Below, in pieces: positions 1 through 6,296 of a stretch of DNA of 56,972 bases. Each line of letters begins with the position of its first letter. The first letter of the stretch is position 1. This DNA comes from a virus. Lineage: Duplodnaviria > Caudoviricetes. The position numbers and the translations under genes were made by a program. Under the pieces are notes generated by a model. The model did no database searches and had not been told where the DNA came from. It saw nothing but the letters and a program-made list of their open reading frames with translations. The stretch is from IMG/VR virus record IMGVR_UViG_3300043654_000022, positions 1 to 56,972 of that record, one strand, 5' to 3'.

Positions 1-4
1 AGTT

Positions 5-199
5 GTGGTTCCATCCTCGTTTGACACATTGAAGGCAGAGAACAAAGTCGGTGACCTAGCTGAATACGGCAACCGATACGGAAATTTTCACAAGTGCACA
101 TGTGACGCGCCGAAGCCCTTAATCGGGACGGAAGAAGAGTGGTGTCCTGTGCATGGGAGTAAAGAATGTCTCGAACCCATTACATCATCCACCAAGTAG
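5..199 (+). CDS. hypothetical protein, probably 5'-truncated
   Basis: ORF at window edge with CxC...CPVHG motif. Confidence 0.4.
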   Translation: MVPSSFDTLKAENKVGDLAEYGNRYGNFHKCTCDAPKPLIGTEEEWCPVHGSKECLEPITSSTK

Positions 200-612
200 T
201 ACGCGGACTACGTGGACTTCTCGGCCTTCTCACTGAGCAGTGCGATAGATGTAACAGTGAGCAAGAGCGCCGCAGAGTTGTCGAGACGAGCCGGGATGTA
301 AATCTCCAAATTCCCGCGCCCCGCGACGCAGAGTTATTAAAAAATGTAGAGTTATTAAAAAATGTAGAGTTATTAAAAAATGTTTACGGGCAAACCGATG
401 GTAGGTACACAAGCAGCAGAATCGGAGATGCAGTTCCCGGCTGGACATCTTACCGAGTCCTCCGCGATATGAGCCCGTCGCGAGGTCTTAACAACGAATT
501 TTTCCAATACAGTACGTTTAGTGGTGGGACCTACTCACTTAGATTTCAAAAGCAAGAGCACTTCCCTTTACCGGAAGCCGCCAAAGAGTTATTTGAGAAA
601 ACCAATGTCTAA
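166..612 (+). CDS. hypothetical protein containing ELLKNV x3
   Basis: ATG after GGGAG; overlaps next ORF. Confidence 0.6.
   Translation: MSRTHYIIHQVVRGLRGLLGLLTEQCDRCNSEQERRRVVETSRDVNLQIPAPRDAELLKNVELLKNVELLKNVYGQTDGRYTSSRIGDAVPGWTSYRVLRDMSPSRGLNNEFFQYSTFSGGTYSLRFQKQEHFPLPEAAKELFEKTNV
330..383 (+). repeat. 18-bp tandem repeat x3 (agagttattaaaaaatgt), in frame
   Basis: three identical adjacent copies, no spacers. Confidence 0.95.
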
Positions 613-838
613 CTACGTGTGTCAAGATTTCAATGCTCTTTGCTTTGAACTTGGAGTTCAATGTCTCATCACGATGAACCCTGAAACATTCAAGATGGAC
701 TTTTTGCTCCAAAATCTCAAGAATCAGGCTGTCGCTGTTTTCACTGATGATTGGTTCCGCGTGATTGAGCCCGGGATGGAGACTTTGTTTTCAATGCCGG
801 GGACAGACACCCCGTGGATGGCACACTGGAATGAATAA
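605..838 (+). CDS. hypothetical protein
   Basis: ATG 605 overlapping upstream gene end. Confidence 0.6.
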   Translation: MSNYVCQDFNALCFELGVQCLITMNPETFKMDFLLQNLKNQAVAVFTDDWFRVIEPGMETLFSMPGTDTPWMAHWNE

Positions 839-1022
839 ACCAATCACCACGAAGGTGCTGCACATGCCGATGGAAACACTAATCGCAGAAAACTCCAAGC
901 GTATTAGACTATATCTAGCGTCTATCAATATCCACGGCGCGCAAATCGATGCGAGGGTGACAGCTTACGCAGATTCGTTTCGAGAGGCATTTAAGCGCCG
1001 TGAGCAAGAAAAACATAACTGA
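831..1022 (+). CDS. hypothetical protein
   Basis: ATG 831, coupled to neighbours. Confidence 0.55.
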   Translation: MNKPITTKVLHMPMETLIAENSKRIRLYLASINIHGAQIDARVTAYADSFREAFKRREQEKHN

Positions 1023-1188
1023 AAAGACGAAGACGGAAAACGGCGCGGTTCACGTCACCTTCCAAAACGACGACGGCCACAGAGTTTATGAATTTCGAGG
1101 AGCGGCAGCACGCTCCATTATGAGAGGCAAGGACCCGGCAGCGCTCACTGGTGGGCGCATGATTGAGTTCAAACCCAAGGAACAGTGA
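1000..1188 (+). CDS. hypothetical protein
   Basis: GTG start after GAGG; stop overlaps next start. Confidence 0.6.
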   Translation: MSKKNITEKTKTENGAVHVTFQNDDGHRVYEFRGAAARSIMRGKDPAALTGGRMIEFKPKEQ

Positions 1189-1502
1189 TGGCAACCTCCA
1201 AAGAGTTTCAACGCGAGCAGCAAGGCGACGTGAAGGACTACGCTCCCACGTATAAAGAAGAGCAGCCGAAGCAGAGCGAGTCGTACAAGGTTTATCATGA
1301 CAAGACGGAAGCCAGCAAGAGCGGCGTCATCGAGTCACAGCCGGACGGTTTGAGCCGCGAGCTTCCAAAGTCAGAAGCGGTGACGAACGCCACCGTGCAG
1401 AAGGGCAAAGGGCCAGAGTGCGCTCGCAAGCAGTTGGGCGAGAACTTGAAGCCGATTAACTCTCACGAAAAAGAAGTGAAACACACCGCCCCGAACAACT
1501 AA
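1188..1502 (+). CDS. hypothetical hydrophilic protein
   Basis: AAGGA SD, TGATG coupling. Confidence 0.65.
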   Translation: MATSKEFQREQQGDVKDYAPTYKEEQPKQSESYKVYHDKTEASKSGVIESQPDGLSRELPKSEAVTNATVQKGKGPECARKQLGENLKPINSHEKEVKHTAPNN

Positions 1503-1524
1503 TTTCAATTCTCAGGAGACCACC

Positions 1525-1683
1525 ATGCTATTCCATATCATCGCCAGTCTCGTGCTTGTCGCCATCGGCTTCGGCCTTGGTCGCATCAAGAACTTGAAGG
1601 GCGCATCAGCGAAGGCACAAGCCGACGCAACAGCTTTGAAGGCCTCGGCAGAGAAGGCTCTCGCAGAAGCAAAGAAGCTGTAA
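1525..1683 (+). CDS. small membrane protein (52 aa, not in ORF track)
   Basis: CAGGAG SD; MLFHIIASLVLVAIGFGLG hydrophobic segment. Confidence 0.75.
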   Translation: MLFHIIASLVLVAIGFGLGRIKNLKGASAKAQADATALKASAEKALAEAKKL

Positions 1684-1697
1684 GCCAAAAATAGTTC

Positions 1698-1726
1698 TTG
1701 ACAAAGCACGGGCGCTGGTGTACCAT
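1698..1726 (+). promoter_or_regulatory. sigma70-type promoter for the tRNA operon
   Basis: TTGACA-17-TACCAT with A-rich upstream element. Confidence 0.75.
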
Positions 1727-1745
1727 CGTTTCAAGTTTGCATTAC

Positions 1746-1822
1746 GGTGTTTGGACCCAAATGGCGAGGGCGTGGTCTGTGAAGCCAATGTTTAGTCGGC
1801 TCGATACCGACCTTACACCCCA
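1746..1822 (+). tRNA. tRNA-His(GTG)
   Basis: loop ctGTGaa, G-1:C73, encoded CCA; two U-U mismatches in acceptor, T-loop ctcgata. Confidence 0.8.
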
Positions 1823-1832
1823 AAAATAGTGC

Positions 1833-1861
1833 TTGACAAACGCAGAAAGTTCTGGTACACT
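1833..1861 (+). promoter_or_regulatory. sigma70-type promoter
   Basis: TTGACA-17-TACACT, same aaaaatagtNcttgacaaa context as 1698. Confidence 0.75.
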
Positions 1862-1903
1862 GGTTTTAGAGTCAAGAAAGTATTGACTAAGAAAGAAGAA
1901 CAA

Positions 1904-2131
1904 ATGAAGATAACCGCACTTCTTGCTGCTTTACTGATTGGTGGATTTGCTTTCGCACAAACGCCAGCACAAGGCGACCACAGAGTTCGTCTGTACGTAA
2001 AGAGAAACGGCACTACCGTTGCTCCCCACTATCAGACGAACCCAAACAAAACTCAGCGGGATAACTACAGCGCGGCGGGCCGATACAACCCTCACACGGG
2101 ACAATCAGGAACTAAGCACCCGAAGCGTTAA
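1904..2131 (+). CDS. small secreted protein (V..Y.KRNGT.VAPHYQT...DNYS..G..NPHTG..GT family)
   Basis: signal peptide ending AFA plus a recognisable motif of unknown function. Confidence 0.75.
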   Translation: MKITALLAALLIGGFAFAQTPAQGDHRVRLYVKRNGTTVAPHYQTNPNKTQRDNYSAAGRYNPHTGQSGTKHPKR

Positions 2132-2141
2132 AAGTTTCAGT

Positions 2142-2220
2142 CGTGGAATGGGAGAGTCTGGCCGTCTCCGCTCGTTTTGGAAACGAGAGAACCTTGGTTC
2201 AAATCCAAGTTCCGCGACCA
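2142..2220 (+). tRNA. tRNA-Pro(TGG)
   Basis: ctcgt-ttTGGaa-acgag, T-loop ttcaaat, CCA. Confidence 0.9.
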
Positions 2221-2290
2221 TTTTTGTGGCGTAACAGACCACGATTGAAGTAAATCGTTCTCGGACGTAAACCGAGTGGTTGAGTTCAGT

Positions 2291-2366
2291 TCCACTCTGG
2301 TCCAACAGGTAGGACACTTCACTGTTAATGAAGAGGGTCTCCGTTCGAATCGGAGGGGTGGAGCCA
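2291..2366 (+). tRNA. tRNA-Asn(GTT)
   Basis: cttca-ctGTTaa-tgaag, G73 CCA. Confidence 0.92.
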
Positions 2367-2375
2367 ATTTTTTAC

Positions 2376-2449
2376 GGGGTCGTCGTCCAGTGACAGGACG
2401 CTCGACTGTCTATCGAAGAACGGGGGTTTGATTCCCCTCGGCCCCGCCA
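2376..2449 (+). tRNA. tRNA-Asp(GTC)
   Basis: tcga-ctGTCta-tcga, G73 CCA. Confidence 0.9.
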
Positions 2450-2726
2450 TGATGTTGCAACAGTGCCGCAATGCTCCGGGTCGCCCCCGCGAAGCAGACT
2501 CGCTAGCTGGTTAAGGGTCAGAAGGCACACGGGACTTGAAAAATCCCCAAGGCGCGTCCGGGAACCGCGCGTTGATAAATAGTTCCTCGGATTTGTGTCC
2601 AGCACGGAGATATTATTGTGCTGGCAAAGCCAGTAGTGATTCACGTTTGGTAGCCGAGATAAATTGGTAACTCGGTGCCGACTGCCGAAAGGCCCGAACC
2701 GTGCCTCACGCCAATTGATTTTCTGT

Positions 2727-2811
2727 AGCCTCTTGGCGGAACGCATACGCTCTGGTTTTAGAAACCAGCGCCCGTAAGGGATTGAGAGTTCAAGTCTCTC
2801 AGAGGCTACCA
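2727..2811 (+). tRNA. tRNA-Leu(TAG)
   Basis: ctggt-ttTAGaa-accag, long V-arm, A73 CCA. Confidence 0.9.
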
Positions 2812-2957
2812 AGTTTTGGCTGAGTATGCTTCGCCGTGAAAACGGAATGAAGACCAACCAGCGGCTACGAGCCGCAAAGTTTGTACGTACATCGGTAGGG
2901 GGTGCCGCAATCATCCCCAGCCACTCTATTGCAGAGGGTGAAATAAAGAATTTCAGA

Positions 2958-3033
2958 CTCCTCGATTCTCGGACGGACGGGTACCGCACTTCTAAGGCGG
3001 ATTTAGAGAGTTCGAATCTCTCCGAGGGGTCCA
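2958..3033 (+). tRNA. tRNA-Arg(TCT)
   Basis: loop ctTCTaa, T-loop ttcgaat, CCA. Confidence 0.85.
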
Positions 3034-3178
3034 GTTTTTTCGTGGGTAGGTGTGACAACCGGGAGGCGAAACGAAAAAGCGGGAATTAGGATATGGTGTC
3101 TTCCCCCGCCGCGATGCAATCGTGAATCCGGTCTAGTCAACTGGAGTGCTTTGCACTGTGAGGACGCCACGATTTTTA

Positions 3179-3253
3179 GGGCTGCTCGTATATCGTATAA
3201 TGCACAGCGCTACGAACGCTGGGAGCGGGGTTAGACTCCCCGGTGGCCCTCCA
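3179..3253 (+). tRNA. tRNA-Arg(ACG)
   Basis: cagcg-ctACGaa-cgctg, CCA; T-loop ttagact. Confidence 0.88.
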
Positions 3254-3260
3254 TTTTAAT

Positions 3261-3347
3261 CGCCTGCTGGCGGAATTGGCAGACGCAGCGGATTCAAAAC
3301 CCGCCGCCCGAGAGGGCGTTAGAGTTCGAATCTCTAGTTGGCGACCA
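3261..3347 (+). tRNA. tRNA-Leu(CAA)
   Basis: loop ttCAAaa, long V-arm, A73 CCA. Confidence 0.9.
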
Positions 3348-3379
3348 TTTTGAAATCCATTGACTACGGTCAGGTGATT

Positions 3380-3799
3380 ATGAACAGCAACCAAAGAAAA
3401 GATGCAACGCTAGGAATGCCTCACGGCACCGCGAGTGGCAGACTTCGGAAGATGATTTTGTTCAATCTTTTGAAAAAGCACGGCGAGAATTCCTGCCATG
3501 CTTGCGGAAAGCCGATTGATTCTGTAGATGCTTTGAGTATTGAGCACAAGAAACCGTGGGAAGGGGTATCGGCTGACTTGTTTTGGGATTTAGAAAACAT
3601 AGCGTTTTCGCATCTTCGATGTAATACTCCGAACCGCCCTTACAACAATGGTGGGTGGAACAAGAAACCAGCCCCAGAAGGGATGGCGTGGTGCATCGGA
3701 CATCAAGTATTCGAACCAGTCGAAAACTTTTGGAAGAACGCAAGTTTTTGGAATGGTCTTGAGAAGTACTGCAAGACGACCAAGATTCGAAATAGATAA
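3380..3799 (+). CDS. HNH endonuclease (free-standing, inside tRNA array)
   Basis: CHACG...SIEHKKPW...NIAFSHLRCN. Confidence 0.85.
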   Translation: MNSNQRKDATLGMPHGTASGRLRKMILFNLLKKHGENSCHACGKPIDSVDALSIEHKKPWEGVSADLFWDLENIAFSHLRCNTPNRPYNNGGWNKKPAPEGMAWCIGHQVFEPVENFWKNASFWNGLEKYCKTTKIRNR

Positions 3800-3806
3800 A
3801 GATTTT

Positions 3807-3890
3807 GCGCGTGTGGCGGAAAGGCATACGCAGGGCACTTAAAACGCCCCGCCGAAAGGCATGAGGGTCCGACTCCCTCGGCGCGCACCA
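3807..3890 (+). tRNA. tRNA-Leu(TAA)
   Basis: loop ctTAAaa, V-arm gccgaaaggc, CCA. Confidence 0.9.
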
Positions 3891-3926
3891 AGTGACAAAG
3901 GCCCGACGCGAGTCGGGTCGGAGATT

Positions 3927-4000
3927 GCACGAATCGGCAAGTGGTAAGCTAGCTGTCTGCAAAACAGCCATCGCGTGTTCGATTCACGCTTCGTGCTCCA
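3927..4000 (+). tRNA. tRNA-Cys(GCA)
   Basis: gctgt-ctGCAaa-acagc, U73 CCA. Confidence 0.92.
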
Positions 4001-4080
4001 AGTTCGTCGGCCCTATTCACGAAGACAAGCCGAATCGTTTCTTCTCCGCGTTGGTAACGAAAACTCAAAGCGGAATATTT

Positions 4081-4355
4081 TGGTAGCGTAGACGAACGCG
4101 GTGAGAAACCCGAGAGGGCTATAAGCCGAGGAAAGTCAGGCCATATCTCAACGCCGCTTTGTGGAAGTTGCAAGACGCGTAAGCGTACGAGTAAGGACCC
4201 ATAACCGAAAGGTTCATTCGAGTGGGGTAACTCTCAGCGGATGTAAGTTCGAATAGGACCGGAGCGCTCGTTGAGCACAATGATGGTCGGGTTGAACGCA
4301 CAGAGGAATGTTCGTCACCGCGCAAGCGGAACAGAAGCCTGCTTATTCGTTGCCA
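4081..4355 (+). ncRNA. rnpB: RNase P RNA, compact (~275 nt)
   Basis: P1 tggtagcg/cgttgcca; CR-I GAGGAAAGTCAGGC; CR-IV AGAGGAATGTTCGTC; CR-V AACAGAAGCCTGCTTA; P6 tcaac/gttga; P7 ccgct/agcgg. Confidence 0.93.
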
Positions 4356-4398
4356 CTAAATTTTAGTTTTGTACGTACGCACGATAAGCGAGTTCAGT

Positions 4399-4473
4399 CG
4401 GTTGCTAGTGTCAAAGTAGCACAGCAGGCTCTTAACCTGACGAGTGAAAGTGCAAGTCTTTCGCGACCGACCA
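4399..4473 (+). tRNA. tRNA-Lys(CTT)
   Basis: cagg-ctCTTaa-cctg, CCA; T-loop tgcaagt. Confidence 0.85.
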
Positions 4474-4588
4474 ATTTTCGAAAGAGACGTGCTCCGCGCA
4501 CGAGAGCGAAATAATGCGGCGGCGGGCGAATGACGCCCTCAGTCTACCAAGACGTTACGAAGAGGTGGAATGCCTCAAAAGTTTCTGT

Positions 4589-4664
4589 ACCCGATTATCA
4601 AACTGGTCGTATGAACCTCTCCTACAAAGAGGCTGGCAGAGTTCGATTCTCTGATTGGGTACCA
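4589..4664 (+). tRNA. tRNA-Val(TAC)
   Basis: cctct-ccTACaa-agagg (C33), A73 CCA. Confidence 0.85.
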
Positions 4665-4671
4665 ATTTCTG

Positions 4672-4760
4672 TGGGGACGCAGTTCGCGGTAGAGTGAACG
4701 CTTGCGACATCCGGTACCGGACTCGTAAGATGGCGGGGGTGAATGACCCTCGGGTTCCCA
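4672..4760 (+). ncRNA. tRNA-like RNA with an extended, closed anticodon arm
   Basis: four-arm cloverleaf; anticodon loop replaced by tccggtaccgga palindrome; ends ccca. Confidence 0.5.
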
Positions 4761-4766
4761 GATTTT

Positions 4767-4857
4767 TGTCGGTAGCATCAGTATGCAGCGCGGTTTTATA
4801 AACCGCGAAGCTCCAGATGAGAGCGCCGAGAGTGGGCAGCACACTCACCGACAACCA
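4767..4857 (+). tRNA. atypical tRNA-Ile(TAT) with long variable arm
   Basis: tgtcggt/accgaca acceptor, gcggt-ttTATaa-accgc, 4-nt D-loop, T-loop ggcagca, A73 CCA. Confidence 0.75.
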
Positions 4858-4859
4858 AC

Positions 4860-4933
4860 GGCCCTGTCGTCTAAAGGCAGGACTTCCGCTTCTCAAGCGG
4901 AAAACGGCGGGTCAGTACCGCCCGGGGCTACCA
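4860..4933 (+). tRNA. tRNA-Glu(CTC)
   Basis: tccgc-ttCTCaa-gcgga, CCA; T-loop gtcagta. Confidence 0.88.
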
Positions 4934-4972
4934 AGTTTGAAAATGTAAGAGGAGCAGTTTTAAGATACTCTC

Positions 4973-5263
4973 ATGGCAAACAACTATAACTCGAATCCGA
5001 TTTTCATCGACAGCATAATGGCGGCAACCGCGAAGAATAGCGGCGCGACAACGACCAACTCGTTTCATATTAAAGAAATCGTGTGGAGCACACCCGGAAG
5101 CACCGCGGCAGATTCCGCCGTAATTCAAGACGGCTTGGGTAATGAAATTTTCGAACAACAATCGGGCCGAGCAGCACCTGAACTATTTAATCCACCGATG
5201 GTTATAGATGATTTCAAAGTAACAACTTTGGCAGATGGACACATTCTGATTTATTTGGTATAA
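4973..5263 (+). CDS. hypothetical beta-rich protein
   Basis: clean ORF between tRNAs with GAGGAG upstream. Confidence 0.7.
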   Translation: MANNYNSNPIFIDSIMAATAKNSGATTTNSFHIKEIVWSTPGSTAADSAVIQDGLGNEIFEQQSGRAAPELFNPPMVIDDFKVTTLADGHILIYLV

Positions 5264-5282
5264 AGCATAAGTTCAAAGATTC

Positions 5283-5376
5283 TCTCGTGTCGCTGTAAAC
5301 TATCGGCCTGTAGGTGAGCATAGGCGTCCGCTCGATAAGCGGAAGGTAGCTGGTTCGAATCCAGCGACCAGAACCA
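5283..5376 (+). tRNA. tRNA-Ile(GAT), aberrant 5' half
   Basis: tccgc-tcGATaa-gcgga, canonical T-arm, ACCA; imperfect acceptor with extra sequence before the D-arm. Confidence 0.6.
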
Positions 5377-5458
5377 ATTTCGAAGCGACACGGGTCCCGC
5401 GTACGCGGTACGTCGTCAACGGTGGGGAAGCCCGATGGGCCACCGAAAAATTTTTAAT

Positions 5459-5532
5459 CGCAGCGGAGAATTGGTATTCAAGTCTGTCTCATAAGCAGAC
5501 CTCCGAAGGTTCGTTTCCTTCCCCTGCGACCA
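5459..5532 (+). tRNA. tRNA-Met/Ile2(CAT)
   Basis: tctgt-ctCATaa-gcaga, A73 CCA. Confidence 0.85.
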
Positions 5533-5546
5533 ATTTAGGAGACCCG

Positions 5547-5885
5547 ATGATTGAACAAGCATGGACTAGTTTACAAGTCGCAGGTCTCGCGGCATTGACG
5601 TTGACCACGGTTCTTACGGCTCTTGCAGACGGCTACACGACGATGATTGGCATAGAGCACGGAGACGCGGAAAAGAATCCGCTTATCAAGTGGCTCTTCT
5701 CCAAACTAGGCCAGCAACTCACGCTGTTCCTCACGACGGGCGCGGTTCTCTTCGGCGGCGCGATTATCGCAGCGCACACGATGGCGGGTGGCTTCTTGTA
5801 CTTCGGCGCTATGACAGTTAGTCGCGGTATCCGCGCGCTGTTGAACTATCGCTTGTTGAAGAAGCAGAAGATTAGTTTGAAGTAA
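5547..5885 (+). CDS. membrane protein, DUF5658-like
   Basis: three hydrophobic segments; D..TT..G...G..E.NP motif; AGGAG SD. Confidence 0.7.
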   Translation: MIEQAWTSLQVAGLAALTLTTVLTALADGYTTMIGIEHGDAEKNPLIKWLFSKLGQQLTLFLTTGAVLFGGAIIAAHTMAGGFLYFGAMTVSRGIRALLNYRLLKKQKISLK

Positions 5886-5988
5886 GATTTTGAGTAGTGC
5901 CACACGACCCGCCTGACGTTTATGGTAGTCGTCCAGATGCTTTGTTCGGATAAAGGTAGTCCGTCCGTGACGCCGCTCCAGTTTCTAT

Positions 5989-6064
5989 GCCTCGTTAGCT
6001 CAGAAGCAGAGAACTCGGTTCTAACCGAGGGGTGGTACGGGTCGCGTCGTACACGGGGCTTCCA
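5989..6064 (+). tRNA. tRNA-like gene with 6-nt anticodon loop (ttctaa), identity unclear
   Basis: gcctcgt/acggggc acceptor, tagctcag D-arm, ctcgg/ccgag stem, 8-nt T-loop, CCA. Confidence 0.6.
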
Positions 6065-6071
6065 GTTTTGA

Positions 6072-6145
6072 GCCGATGTAGTTTAGTGACAGAACTTTTC
6101 TTTGGTAAAGAAAAAGCCTAAGTTTGATTCTTAGCGTTGGCTCCA
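6072..6145 (+). tRNA. tRNA-Thr(GGT)
   Basis: tttct-ttGGTaa-agaaa, CCA. Confidence 0.9.
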
Positions 6146-6154
6146 GTTTTCAAA

Positions 6155-6229
6155 GCCGAACTAGCTCAATGGTAGAGCGGCGCTTTTGTAAAGCGACGGT
6201 TCGCGGTTCAAGTCCACGGTCCGGCTCCA
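6155..6229 (+). tRNA. tRNA-Thr(TGT)
   Basis: canonical D-arm, loop ttTGTaa, CCA. Confidence 0.92.
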
Positions 6230-6247
6230 GTTTTGTAGCTACAATTT

Positions 6248-6296
6248 GACGGGGTGCCTTGAACACCCCGTCTCACTCTTTCAAGGAGGGTGAAAA
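6248..6296 (+). promoter_or_regulatory. kissing-hairpin leader covering the HNH gene SD
   Basis: loop ccttgaa complementary to loop ttcaagg, which overlaps AGGAGG. Confidence 0.65.

Noticed and set aside
330-383. CRISPR array
   Set aside because: Three adjacent 18-bp copies with no spacers, in frame inside an ORF; no cas genes recognised
2450-2713. tmRNA, SRP RNA or 6S RNA
   Set aside because: No GGGG 5' acceptor with T-arm and tag ORF, and no SRP CAGG..GGAA..AGCA motif; not a simple rod
2019-4989. Many track ORFs across the tRNA array (for example 2372-3058, 3462-3971, 4555-4896)
   Set aside because: They overlap tRNA or rnpB genes or are antisense to them, and have no protein motifs
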